Positions 27,456-37,366 of a stretch of DNA of 64,000 nucleotides are shown piece by piece. Source of the DNA: Bacteriovoracaceae bacterium UBA4573 (GTDB taxonomy: Bacteria; Bdellovibrionota; UBA1018; UBA923); contig DGKJ01000053.1 in assembly GCA_002387735.1 (NCBI GenBank), forward strand, positions 4,129-68,128. Reading direction: 5' to 3'. Positions within the stretch are counted from its first letter, which is position 1. Each line of letters starts with the position of its first letter. The notes beneath the pieces were generated by a model that was not told the origin of the DNA, made no database searches, and saw only the letters and a list, made by a program, of their open reading frames with translations. The position numbers and the translations under genes are program-made.

Positions 27456-29648
27456 CTAGTATTTCGACTTTAATAAGAAGCTAATAACCCCGGGCGCGCA
27501 CTGGTCACAATAACCGAATTTCGAACACATGTTCGATACCGTGATTCGGGCGAGTTTATGGTGGTCAGCCGTTGTGTCTTCTTTTTCAGTTCCAAAGAGC
27601 GCGATAGCGTCACTGAGTTTGGTCATTTGGGATTTTTGCTGATTAAAGTAGTGGTCTTCGAGTTTTTGCATAAAATCTGGAAAAACAAGCTTGTACTCAA
27701 CCGGCTGATTTGGATGATCGAGCGCGTAGGCGCCGATGGCCGAAATAACGTTGTTACGAAAGGTGTCCCGCTCAGCTGCGGTGCTTGGGGCACCGATAAT
27801 GGTTTCAAATTGCTCGATCAAAGTAAGGTCCGGTGATTCCATTTTCCCAGTAATCGAATTCTTTATCTTTTCGTGTTTCAGCAAATGCGACAAATGAATA
27901 ACGTACTTCTTTAAAAAGTCTCCGTATTGCCGACTCTCGAACACGCCCATGGACTCGCGCACCTCTTGATCGAGAATCTGAATGTATTCGTTTTTAGCGG
28001 TTGTGATGAATTCGTGGCAGTCGTGGTATCCGTCTTTAATATCTTGTTTGAGGAATTCGTATTCGCTCACGCGTTTAACAAAATCCTCCAACTCGCGCAG
28101 TGCCGAAAGCGGACTGAGACAGCTAAACTCTGAATTTTGAGCAGCGTCAAACAGTATGCCCTTAATCTCGCGAGCCGAGGCGCCCATGCGCCCTTCGTAA
28201 TAGGGGACTGCATTGTATTCTTCGTGCAAACGTTTTAGCGAAGATCGCAATAATTTCTTTTCTTCTGGCGACAAATTATGGGGAACTCCGCCGTGGTCGT
28301 ACAGACGGGCTTTTTCAATCGGACTGAGGCTTCCAATTAAATTCGTCACGTTTGGTGGGTAATGAATCGAGTTTGGTTTTTTCAATCGTGAAAGCACGGC
28401 CCAAAGCCCTGCGACTAATGTGGTGTGTGGCGCTACGTGTTTCGAGCCGGCAATTTTCTGTAGGCTGACCTCGTAGATTTTGCGTTCACGTGAATAGGAC
28501 ATTAAATAGGGCACTCGAATTAATTCAATGCGCGCTTTGAACGAAGTAAAATCCGGAAATTCCTTGAAAGCGTCGAGTTGTAGTTCATTAGTTGAACCAA
28601 TCAACACAGTGTCGAGATAGGCGATGCTCGACTGTACATTTACGCTGCCCATTTCACAGGCAATTAAAAGATATTTAAAGGTATCGACTGGGCGTTTGAG
28701 TAGGTCGGAATACTCAACTACGCCGCGGTTGCCGTCTATTAGATCACCCGAAAGTTCGTGCAGAGAAAGGCTTTGGAGCGAGGCAGGCAGAAAACTTAGA
28801 CTGCGATCCATGGTGATCTGGCGTGATTGAGCATCAATGTGTAGTTGCGGTTCAATCGTGACAGCGGCAGTGCGATAGCGCTTGGAAATGTAAAAGCGTT
28901 CTATTTGAACGTGGGCAAGAACCTTTTTGAGGTCCCCTTTGTGGGCAGTGAGCAGGGCCTCGAAAATTTGTTTACATTTTTGGCACAGAGAACCCTTTGC
29001 GAGGTAGTCCGGCAGATTGCCTTTGAAGCCATATTCGCGAATCAATCGTTCGCGCGCTGTGGCGGGCAACAGCAAGAGCGGGTGATCCTTCAACTCGCAA
29101 CAAATTCGGGCAGAAACGTCTTCCTCTGGCAATTTCGCGTAAGACTCTAGAGCTCCTTTGGCTGGCGAATAGGTTCCTAGGCCCAGACCGCCTTTTACCG
29201 CGCGGTCGACTGGGAAAATCCAGTTAAAACGGTACATCGCACCATCGGGCGTTTCACTGTAATGTTCGAGTCCCTTCATGATGCATTGAACAATGCTCGA
29301 CTTGGCCGAACCATTTGGTCCGTGAAGTAGAATCAACTTGTTGTTAATGCCTTCCTTAACGAAGTTCTGAAGCGAACGGTAGATTTCTTGTTGCACTTCG
29401 TCCTGTGCGATTACCCGAAATTTAGGGTCATCAAACTCCATATCGAAGAGCCGAAAATGACGTTCTTCCCCGCTGGTGGTGGTTCCAAAGTGATCCAGCA
29501 TATCGATCATGTATTGGGCCGACCCGCGTGTGTGTTTTCGAGCGTCTTTGGCTACCAAAGAAATGTATTCGTCGAACGTAAGGATGCGGTTGTTTTTTTC
29601 AAACTCGGTCTTAACGTCTTGTTCAATGCGCGAAAGAATTGGATCCAT
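27456..29648 (-). CDS. prkA: PrkA/YeaG-family AAA-type serine protein kinase
   Basis: 730 aa. The P-loop LLHGPNGSAKSSIVQCIMKGLEHYS and the extended C-terminal PrkA domain are present. Confidence 0.85.
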   Translation of the reverse strand: MDPILSRIEQDVKTEFEKNNRILTFDEYISLVAKDARKHTRGSAQYMIDMLDHFGTTTSGEERHFRLFDMEFDDPKFRVIAQDEVQQEIYRSLQNFVKEGINNKLILLHGPNGSAKSSIVQCIMKGLEHYSETPDGAMYRFNWIFPVDRAVKGGLGLGTYSPAKGALESYAKLPEEDVSARICCELKDHPLLLLPATARERLIREYGFKGNLPDYLAKGSLCQKCKQIFEALLTAHKGDLKKVLAHVQIERFYISKRYRTAAVTIEPQLHIDAQSRQITMDRSLSFLPASLQSLSLHELSGDLIDGNRGVVEYSDLLKRPVDTFKYLLIACEMGSVNVQSSIAYLDTVLIGSTNELQLDAFKEFPDFTSFKARIELIRVPYLMSYSRERKIYEVSLQKIAGSKHVAPHTTLVAGLWAVLSRLKKPNSIHYPPNVTNLIGSLSPIEKARLYDHGGVPHNLSPEEKKLLRSSLKRLHEEYNAVPYYEGRMGASAREIKGILFDAAQNSEFSCLSPLSALRELEDFVKRVSEYEFLKQDIKDGYHDCHEFITTAKNEYIQILDQEVRESMGVFESRQYGDFLKKYVIHLSHLLKHEKIKNSITGKMESPDLTLIEQFETIIGAPSTAAERDTFRNNVISAIGAYALDHPNQPVEYKLVFPDFMQKLEDHYFNQQKSQMTKLSDAIALFGTEKEDTTADHHKLARITVSNMCSKFGYCDQCAPGVISFLLKSKY

Positions 29649-29690
29649 TCGTCTAAGACCCCCCTTGGACTAGTGTGCAGGTGATCAGGC

Positions 29691-31412
29691 CTACTCGTCA
29701 ATTGAAACAGGGCGCTCTTTAATGCGCTTCGGAGTTAGAAAGTTTTTCTTTCGAATTGGTGAATACTTTTTAAGGTATTCGATGACGATATCTCGTAAAA
29801 AAACTCCCTCAAAGGTTTTTACTCGATGTTTTTTTACTCGATCAAAAATAGTGTGAAGATGGTCGCCCCCTTGGGTCAGGAAATTAATGGTGGCAATTTT
29901 ATAACGTTTCCGAGGGTCAATCATTCGCCCCTCGGGTGTTAGCGTTGCGTCAAGCAAGAGATCCCGCTCCCAGTCTTCGGACACTCCGTTCGAATCCAGA
30001 TCGCGATCCCAGCGACCTCGCATACCGGGTGGTGCCGCAGTTCGTGTCAGTGAGAGTCCAGCTACCGGAAAAATCCCGTGTCCACCGCTAGTACCTATTC
30101 TTAATAGTTCGAAAAGCTCTTCTCCAGTGAGGGAGGCAATAGCCAAACTGTTGTCGAACGGCAGAACTCGAAACACGTCGCCGTAGTTTAACTTGCCTTC
30201 CGGAAGATCTGCTCGGAGTCCCCCTTGGTTAACAAATGCACAGCAGACATCGCCATCAATCGTGCGGGCGTATTCGAGCAAAGCGTCGGCAACTAGATTG
30301 CCGAGAGCAAGTTCCGTTGTGTGCACTTTTTCGAAGCGATCTTCTGATTCACCAACCGGGAGCCGCTTAAGATCCTCGGCGTTGTCTCGATACCGAGCCA
30401 TGGCATTGGTAATGTCCAAAACGGCTGCTGGCTCGTTGGCTTTCGTCGGTACCTCGGACCAAGATGCGAATTCGTGGCGGCGGTTTTTCTTCCAAAGCTT
30501 TAGAACTCCAACGGTGCGGGCGTAAGAACCTGCTTCTATGACCGGGGTTCCATGGATCACTTCTTGAGCTTTCAAATGGGTATGGCCAGCAACTACTGCA
30601 TCAAGAGTGCCTTGAGGAAGTTTTTCTAGCAGATCGAGGATCTCGGCACGATCACCGCGTTCCCGACAACGGCCCTCCTTATTGCAAAGCAGACCCGCGT
30701 GGGCCACCAGCACTACAAAATCACAACGTTGACTGGTTCGCAGATACTTGGATTCGGCCAAGACAACGCTGTAGAGCGCTTTAAAACGAACATTTTTTAC
30801 GAAGTCGACGACAGTAATGTGTTCGGTGCTTGGTGTAGTGGCACCGATGACACAAGTTTTGGTTTCGTTTTTATGAAAATAAGCACGCGGAGCAAACACC
30901 GTTCTTTGTCCGAGCGCGTTACAGCGTGGACCCGGTTTGCAACTTGGCGCATTTTTTTGAATCAAATTTGCCGAAAGCCAGGCGAACTTGGCTTCTTTGA
31001 CTCGTTTTTTTAAATTTCCAAGACCGTCTTCGCCTTTTTTTACGTCGATACGCCCCTCAACTGCCGGCCCGTAATCGAGCTCGTGATTTCCGATGGCGGC
31101 AGCATCGAATCCAATCAGGTTATATAAATCCACTACCGCGCGACCTTTGCTCAAATTGCCTTCGAGAGACCCTTGGAATAAATCTCCTCCGTCGAAAAGG
31201 AGCGCGCTTTGCGGATAGATTTCTCGAAGATTTCGAATTGTTTCCGCGAAGGGCTCCGCCCTTTCAATATTTGCATGAAAGTCCGAGGTGGCCAAAATAA
31301 CGAGATCAGCGCGCTCGCCTTGCTCGCTTGCACTGGGTGGCCGGCCGGCACAAGCACTAAACGCAACTAAGAGCAAAACCCCTAATAGGGTTTTAACCGA
31401 AGGGTTCATCAC
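29691..31412 (-). CDS. Bifunctional metallophosphatase / 5'-nucleotidase (second UshA-family paralog), lipoprotein-like
   Basis: 573 aa with a signal peptide and Cys (LLVAFSACAG). Motifs LVILATSDFHANIE and GNHELDYG are present, followed by a 5'-nucleotidase C-terminal domain. Confidence 0.8.
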   Translation of the reverse strand: MMNPSVKTLLGVLLLVAFSACAGRPPSASEQGERADLVILATSDFHANIERAEPFAETIRNLREIYPQSALLFDGGDLFQGSLEGNLSKGRAVVDLYNLIGFDAAAIGNHELDYGPAVEGRIDVKKGEDGLGNLKKRVKEAKFAWLSANLIQKNAPSCKPGPRCNALGQRTVFAPRAYFHKNETKTCVIGATTPSTEHITVVDFVKNVRFKALYSVVLAESKYLRTSQRCDFVVLVAHAGLLCNKEGRCRERGDRAEILDLLEKLPQGTLDAVVAGHTHLKAQEVIHGTPVIEAGSYARTVGVLKLWKKNRRHEFASWSEVPTKANEPAAVLDITNAMARYRDNAEDLKRLPVGESEDRFEKVHTTELALGNLVADALLEYARTIDGDVCCAFVNQGGLRADLPEGKLNYGDVFRVLPFDNSLAIASLTGEELFELLRIGTSGGHGIFPVAGLSLTRTAAPPGMRGRWDRDLDSNGVSEDWERDLLLDATLTPEGRMIDPRKRYKIATINFLTQGGDHLHTIFDRVKKHRVKTFEGVFLRDIVIEYLKKYSPIRKKNFLTPKRIKERPVSIDE

Positions 31413-32035
31413 TAAGGCCGTACGAGCTTTAGGTTTTTTTCTTTGATCTGTTGCATCAGAGCGGCAAGAGCTCTGGCCCGGTGACTAAGTTCGTTTTTTT
31501 GTTCGAGAGCCATTTCGGCCATCGACAAATCGGTGTCCTTTACCAAAAAAATGGGATCATATCCAAAGCCGTTGGGGCCCCGAGGAGTTTCAAGAATAGA
31601 CCCTTCAACTGTTCCGGTAGCGGAAACCACAACGCCTTCCATAAAAAACACCAAGGTACAGACGAATCGCGCGGTGCGTTTGTCTTTCGGTACTCCTCGC
31701 AGTTCTTCAAGAAGTTTACGTACATTCGATTCTGATTTGCTGTAGCCCGGTTCGATTGAAGCATAACGATCTGATAAAACGCCTGGCCGTCCACCGAGTG
31801 CGTCGACTTCCAAGCCGGAGTCGTCACTGATGGTAGGGAGTTTTCCTGCTAGGTGCGCAAGTTGTCCTTTTTCAAACGCATTTTCATAATAGGTTTTACC
31901 GTTTTCGGCCTGGGCCAAGGCCGATGCGTTCGACGTGATTTCGCCGACAGTAACCAATTTGTATTCAGGATATTTATTAAATAGCGATTGGTATTCGCGA
32001 ATTTTTCCGGCGTTTTGCGAGGCCAGCATGATCAT
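31412..32035 (-). CDS. rdgB: Non-canonical purine NTP pyrophosphatase (XTP/dITP diphosphatase, Ham1/RdgB)
   Basis: MIMLASQNAGKIREYQ.., SDDSGLEVDALGGRPGV and GFGYDPIF are present. I moved the start to the internal ATG at 32033-32035; the track ORF begins at 32089. Confidence 0.85.
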   Translation of the reverse strand: MIMLASQNAGKIREYQSLFNKYPEYKLVTVGEITSNASALAQAENGKTYYENAFEKGQLAHLAGKLPTISDDSGLEVDALGGRPGVLSDRYASIEPGYSKSESNVRKLLEELRGVPKDKRTARFVCTLVFFMEGVVVSATGTVEGSILETPRGPNGFGYDPIFLVKDTDLSMAEMALEQKNELSHRARALAALMQQIKEKNLKLVRP

Positions 32036-32110
32036 GTTGGTAGGTCTCATAGAGGCGTTCTCCTGCTTGGTTGTGGTAGCCAGCAACATAACGCCACTGG
32101 AGAGGATTTT

Positions 32111-33085
32111 CTAGCGCGTTTGTCGTTTAGGTTTTGTGGCGGGGGTGTAGGGCTTTTCCCGGGCGCTCCACTCGCGAAGAAAGGCGGGAAATGAGTCGAA
32201 AACATCGCGCGCTGCTTCCGGTGTCATTTTCTTTTCTCGTACTAATCGTTTTTTAAATTGCGTGGCTCGTTGTTCCAGATTTTCCAGGGCCGCAGGTCGC
32301 ACCCACGGGTTTAGGTACTTCGGATTGGGAATTATAAGAGCCAGGAGGATTGCTTCATGGGTACTTATCTCCTTGGCGGTGTGGCCGAAATAGGTGCGAG
32401 CAGCAGCTTCGGCCCCAAAAAGTTCGGGGCCCCATTCGATCGTATTGAGATACAATTCCAAAATCTGTTTTTTTGTGAGTTCTTTTTCAATTCGTAGCGC
32501 TAGAGGAATTTCTGTGGCCTTGCGGACCATCGATTTGTCTTTGGTGAGAAAAAGATTTTTGGCCAACTGTTGAGTAATCGTGCTGGCGCCGCGCGAAAAT
32601 TTACGATCCTGAACGTCTTCTTCAATGGCGTTGCGAATCTCTTCGAGATCTAAACCAGTGTGGTCATAAAATTTCGCATCTTCTAAAAGAATCACAAAAT
32701 CCTGAAGTTCTTGCGATATTTCCGCGAGTGGCTTCCAAAGTCGAAGGCCCCGCACGGTTGTCCCCAACAAAGTACGAGTCAAAGGACAGCGGTATTCGAC
32801 GACGGTTCCATCTTCGTTGAAGATTTCGTCGCAAACCGGTGGTCGCAAGCTTTTGGCGTTGAGCGAACCGGCTTTATACCAATAAACGTAGCTCGCCCAA
32901 ACCAATATTGTAATTCCGATGGCGCCACCAAAAAGCATCCACCAACGCACGAGACCAAGTATCCGCGAAGCAAGTTCTAGAAAAAGTTGCGCAAAGAGAA
33001 AAAGAGCAATAACGCCTAGGCAGATGACAAAAGTTACGAGCGCGACGATGCCAGGGGAAAGCGGAGTTGAGGTGAAATCTTGCAC
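32111..33085 (-). CDS. mtgA: Monofunctional biosynthetic peptidoglycan transglycosylase (GT51)
   Basis: 324 aa with an N-terminal TM. GT51 motifs EDAKFYDHTGLD, GASTITQQLAKNLFL and RKATE are present. Confidence 0.85.
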   Translation of the reverse strand: MQDFTSTPLSPGIVALVTFVICLGVIALFLFAQLFLELASRILGLVRWWMLFGGAIGITILVWASYVYWYKAGSLNAKSLRPPVCDEIFNEDGTVVEYRCPLTRTLLGTTVRGLRLWKPLAEISQELQDFVILLEDAKFYDHTGLDLEEIRNAIEEDVQDRKFSRGASTITQQLAKNLFLTKDKSMVRKATEIPLALRIEKELTKKQILELYLNTIEWGPELFGAEAAARTYFGHTAKEISTHEAILLALIIPNPKYLNPWVRPAALENLEQRATQFKKRLVREKKMTPEAARDVFDSFPAFLREWSAREKPYTPATKPKRQTR

Positions 33086-33094
33086 CTCTCTATA

Positions 33095-34810
33095 TTAATA
33101 GACAACACCCATGCCGTCATAGCGCGGATCTGCGGCGGCTTCCCACTGGGCAGTTTTTTCTCGGCGTATGAGCATCTGCGGATAGGTGTACACGCCACTT
33201 TGTACGTCAACCTCGTAACCAGCTTCGCGAAGGGCCTCAACGGCATCGGGCGCCATGAAAGATTCGACCTCGGCAATAAATTGTTTGCCCTGGACCCAAC
33301 GTGGGTGAATGCGGGCGCTGGCGATTGCCATTTTTGCGTCCAATTTGTGAATGAAATAATTTTCCAGAAATAGCGTAATGCTGGAGTGGGTGCGTAAGCC
33401 GCCTGATGCGCCCAAGACCGCTACGGGCGTTTTTCCGTCGAATAACAAAGTCGGGCTCATAGTAGAGCGAGGTCTTTTTCCAACGGCGGCGGAGTTTGGT
33501 CTTCCGGGTTCGGCGTCGAAGTCCGAGAGTTCGTTGTTTAGTAAGAAACCATGTTGCGGAACGGTAACGCCCGACCCAAAAATTTCTTCTATTGTGTTAG
33601 TGATTGAAACAGCGAGCCCCTGATTATCGATCGTACTAATTTGAGCAGTAGACCCATACTCGGGGAGACGCGGAAGGGGGCGCTGCGATTTTGGGAGCTG
33701 GTCCTTTAAAAGGTGCGTGACTCGCGTGCCAATCTTAGATTTTTTTTCATTTATCGATTTTTCGATTTCGATCCATGCTTGTTTTTCGGCATTAGATTCA
33801 AAATATTTTTGTGGATCGATCGTGGCGAACCCACGATCTGCAATAGTTTCAGTTCGAAGTTTCTGAAAATACGCCAGTGCTTCGACTGAAGTTATGTATC
33901 GCTCGACCGAATCATGACTGGGAACGGTTTTATCTCGATAATAGTGTTCTAAAAATCGAAGAGTCGCCCCTACTGCAATCGAAGAACCACTGGGAGGACC
34001 TTGCATGTAAGCAGTCTTTCCGAAAATTTTAAAAGTGATCGGTTTTTCAAAAGATACTTTGTAATCTTTCAAGTCTTGTTCCGATAGGCGAACACCAAGC
34101 TTTTGGGCTTCCGTTAACCAGGATTTTGCGAGTGGGCCCGTATAGAAACTGCTTCCCCCGTTATTGGCAATTGTACGCAGAGTTTTGGCCATCTGAGGCT
34201 GTCGCAACAAGTCTCCGCGAACTAGCGGGGTTTGCCCATTTTTCGAAAAAGTGCTTTTGGTGGCGGCGAATTGTTCGATTCGTGACCAGTTCTTTTTAAT
34301 ATCAGCTTCGACATTGCTAGATATAGGAAAGCCATTTTGGGCCACTTCAATTGCAGGCTGCATGATGGTTTTCCAAGGCAGTTTACCCCAGCGCTTGTGA
34401 GCGGCCGCAAAACCCGCCACCGTGCCTGGTACCCCCACGGGATTAGGGCCGGTGACGCGTTGGGGATAATAAGGAATAATTTTATCGTCAGCGTCGAAAA
34501 ACATTTTTGGGTGAGCCGACTTCGGTGCGACTTCTCGGTGATTTACACAACTGACCGAGCCGTTTTTCCCAACCAAAATAAAACCGCCGCCACCGATGCC
34601 CATTTTGTGGGGAGTCGTAACGTTCACTACGAACGCTGCCGCGATTGCGGCGTCGACCGCGTTTCCGCCTTTTTTAAACATTTGAATACCAGCCTGGGTC
34701 GCGTAGTCGCTCGAAGTGGCGATCCCCCAACCAAACGCCGCAAGGGGGGCGCAAACGTGAAAAAGCAACAAACTCAAGCAGATGCGCGCGGTCTTCTTTA
34801 TGGTAATCAC
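33095..34810 (-). CDS. ggt: Gamma-glutamyltransferase (Ntn hydrolase), exported
   Basis: 571 aa with a signal peptide. TTHKMGIGGGGF, LGASGG and the autoprocessing Thr context are present. Confidence 0.85.
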   Translation of the reverse strand: MITIKKTARICLSLLLFHVCAPLAAFGWGIATSSDYATQAGIQMFKKGGNAVDAAIAAAFVVNVTTPHKMGIGGGGFILVGKNGSVSCVNHREVAPKSAHPKMFFDADDKIIPYYPQRVTGPNPVGVPGTVAGFAAAHKRWGKLPWKTIMQPAIEVAQNGFPISSNVEADIKKNWSRIEQFAATKSTFSKNGQTPLVRGDLLRQPQMAKTLRTIANNGGSSFYTGPLAKSWLTEAQKLGVRLSEQDLKDYKVSFEKPITFKIFGKTAYMQGPPSGSSIAVGATLRFLEHYYRDKTVPSHDSVERYITSVEALAYFQKLRTETIADRGFATIDPQKYFESNAEKQAWIEIEKSINEKKSKIGTRVTHLLKDQLPKSQRPLPRLPEYGSTAQISTIDNQGLAVSITNTIEEIFGSGVTVPQHGFLLNNELSDFDAEPGRPNSAAVGKRPRSTMSPTLLFDGKTPVAVLGASGGLRTHSSITLFLENYFIHKLDAKMAIASARIHPRWVQGKQFIAEVESFMAPDAVEALREAGYEVDVQSGVYTYPQMLIRREKTAQWEAAADPRYDGMGVVY

Positions 34811-34902
34811 TAATAATCCTTTAATATCATATGGTTATGCATGAATTAATTTTGACTAAAATAGTATGACTTTAGTCGGCCCAGCCATATATAATAGAAG
34901 GG

Positions 34903-36624
34903 ATGGTGGGGGAATTCGTCAATCGGATTCGAACGGGGCCGCGTTTTGCGTTGCTCCTTGTAATGGTCTTCACGCCGGTGCTTTTTTGCGCCAAGGCCGG
35001 TGCAGAAATTCGAGCTTGCGAAAAGGAACCCCGAAAAATTATTCCGGGCTTTGACGAATCAGAAGCTCGAGTGCGTGCCCGTATCGATGCTGGCGAGACG
35101 GTTGACTTGGCTGGACTTGAAGCCTGTTCCGCAAAAATTCAAAACTGTGCAACCGATCTTTCACCGATTTCAATTGAAACAGTCGAATTGTTCAAAAATT
35201 TTTCACTCTCCAAAACATCAAAAAAAATGGTGACCGGCAAATTCAAAAAAGAAACCAGAGAAGCCCTCGATAACGGTGACGATCTAATTAGTTGCGACCG
35301 CGACGGTCTAGCCGCGCGTACCGCGGCAGCAGTTGCTATCGCCAGCGCGGCAGTTCAGGCCGAGGAAGATCTTGAGGCCTTAAAAGCCGACCGCATCGCG
35401 GACGAAAAAGAGCGACTGCGGCTGGCTCTAATCGCGTCACCACTGATGTGCCGAGATCTCGAAGAGTTTAATGAACTAGCGGGGATCTCCGCGCAGGTCG
35501 ATGACTTTCAGGATCGAATAGTAGAAGAAGCCGCGGTGCTTGAAGTGGTTTACGGTATGTGCAAAGGGCTAAAAACCGCATCTTCCAAATGGAAAAGATC
35601 GCGGGGTAAAAAGGGCGGATTAGATCTTGAACGAAAACTTCTCGCTTCTTTGCGAGCGCATTCAGATTTACCTAAGTTCGCCCTTTACGAAAAGTGGCCC
35701 GGTTGTCCGTGTGACAAAGACAAGTCGAGCCGTAAGATCAAAGGGGTTTGTTTCAAGGGGCTGACCCCCTATGATCCGATCGACGAACGAGTACCGCAGT
35801 TGCTCGAGCGATATGCAGAAAAACTTCAGGCCTGGGCAGTGGCCAATGGTATGACGCTCAGTTCGGTTCAGATGGGTGGTTGCTCCTTTGCTCGTCTGGC
35901 GCGTGCCGGCGGTCATGAAGACGGAACATTCGATCATAGTGATATCAGTTCTCACGCCGAGTCGAGTGCGTGCGATCTGTACAGTGCCACTTTCGAAGAG
36001 ACGGTAAAGTCGGGTAAAGATCGAGTTAAAACTAAAACCAAAACGGTTAAATTTTTTGACCTACGAAGTAGGAAAAGAAAAAAAATTCAGTCACACCCTT
36101 TTGCAGACGCGTTTCAAAAATATTTAAATTGGATGGATAAAGAAAAACCATTAATCGAGCGAATGGCATTTAAGCGTCATGATGTGGAATTAAAACGCGA
36201 AATAGTGAAACGGGTAAATAGTTCGAAAGATCGCACTAAAGGCAAACACCACGATATTGAAGAAAAAAAATCGAAGAGCCGAATTCCCGAGGCGATTTAT
36301 GACTACCGAAAATTGGCCGATGAGCTGGAAAAAAATGGTTGTCCGCTAAAAGATGAAAATTCCTGCGATCAACTGCGCTTGGGATTTCTTTTAATAAATG
36401 CAGGACGCGATGTAGGGTTTCTCACGATTGCCCCCGGTGTCGGCAGTCACGATGGCCACGTTCACTTAGGTGCTTCGCCCGACGAACAAGACTCTCTTCG
36501 TTTGACCAGCGGGTTGATGCCCACCGAGTGTCACGATAAACTTATCGACTACTACGTGATTCGAGCCGCCGGCCTTGAACTGCCGTACCCGCAGTGCGCC
36601 GAGCGCTTTAAAATGTCTCGTTGA
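34903..36624 (+). CDS. Exported protein with C-terminal LAS-superfamily (M15/M23-like) zinc-hydrolase motifs; putative cell-wall peptidase
   Basis: 573 aa with signal peptide. A charged/coiled N-terminal half is followed by H338-x5-D344 and SSHAESSACD (nt 35914-35976), resembling SxHxxGxAxD. A downstream HVH (SHDGHVH, nt 36445-36465) resembles HxH. Confidence 0.4.
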   Translation: MVGEFVNRIRTGPRFALLLVMVFTPVLFCAKAGAEIRACEKEPRKIIPGFDESEARVRARIDAGETVDLAGLEACSAKIQNCATDLSPISIETVELFKNFSLSKTSKKMVTGKFKKETREALDNGDDLISCDRDGLAARTAAAVAIASAAVQAEEDLEALKADRIADEKERLRLALIASPLMCRDLEEFNELAGISAQVDDFQDRIVEEAAVLEVVYGMCKGLKTASSKWKRSRGKKGGLDLERKLLASLRAHSDLPKFALYEKWPGCPCDKDKSSRKIKGVCFKGLTPYDPIDERVPQLLERYAEKLQAWAVANGMTLSSVQMGGCSFARLARAGGHEDGTFDHSDISSHAESSACDLYSATFEETVKSGKDRVKTKTKTVKFFDLRSRKRKKIQSHPFADAFQKYLNWMDKEKPLIERMAFKRHDVELKREIVKRVNSSKDRTKGKHHDIEEKKSKSRIPEAIYDYRKLADELEKNGCPLKDENSCDQLRLGFLLINAGRDVGFLTIAPGVGSHDGHVHLGASPDEQDSLRLTSGLMPTECHDKLIDYYVIRAAGLELPYPQCAERFKMSR

Positions 36625-37366
36625 ACAACTCTTTGCAGAAACCAGATTTTCGATGGGCGTCGATCGCCAGGCGAACGCTTCGCGCGAATGATTTTGCTAA
36701 TTCAGGGTGGTCCATAAAAATTTTTCTCAGACTTCTGGATAATTCGATCTGAACGCCCTGTTGCGCGGTTCGATTGACAATATTTCGCGGGTGCATTCCC
36801 GCAAATTTTCTAGCTTCTTCCCACGGTAAAATGTGAAGGCTTGGCATGGTTCGTTCTGCGAAGTCCTCTAGACGAGCCGCGATTTTATCTCGCAATAAAC
36901 TGTTTTGACCGCCCAAGATCACAGTGGCCCGTTCATTTTCTATTGGGTTTCCGAACCAGTAAAACCCGTGCACGCTCACGCTAGTGGAGGCTCGTTCGAG
37001 CATTTCAAGGGCTCGGGGTTCGTCGAACAAAGTGCTGGGAACATGGTGATCCCAGGCCGGTTCTTCGGGAAGAAGGGATTCAAACTTATACAGCGAGTGT
37101 TCGCCGCCGGCTATCAAGTCGGCGAGTTCCGACGTGCCTGGTTCGATATTACCGCCGTGAATTGCGAGCACTAAAATTGGCGACCGTCGCAAAATAGCCG
37201 CAACTCGAAAGTCGCGGTCTTCGGTGAATTCTTTTCGTAGTTCAAAAAAACTATCGAATCGATCGATGTGGTTTCCGTGAGTATTGTTCGCATAGGCGGC
37301 TCCGCCGGCCACCAAAAAGGTAGCAGCAAATGTGTAAATTTTTCGAAGAGTAATATTTACCGACAT
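36608..37366 (-). CDS. Poly-gamma-glutamate hydrolase family (PF05908-like) protein, exported
   Basis: 252 aa with signal peptide. LAIHGGNIEPGTSELADLIAG matches the HGGxIExGT signature I recall for PghP/YjqB-type gamma-PGA hydrolases. Confidence 0.5.
   Translation of the reverse strand: MSVNITLRKIYTFAATFLVAGGAAYANNTHGNHIDRFDSFFELRKEFTEDRDFRVAAILRRSPILVLAIHGGNIEPGTSELADLIAGGEHSLYKFESLLPEEPAWDHHVPSTLFDEPRALEMLERASTSVSVHGFYWFGNPIENERATVILGGQNSLLRDKIAARLEDFAERTMPSLHILPWEEARKFAGMHPRNIVNRTAQQGVQIELSRSLRKIFMDHPELAKSFARSVRLAIDAHRKSGFCKELFNETF

Noticed and set aside
34870-34902. TATATAAT -10 element just upstream of the 34903 ATG
   Set aside because: It is only ~10 nt from the start codon, with no clear -35 at 17 nt. 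This could be a leaderless arrangement or the true start is elsewhere, so it was not called as a promoter.
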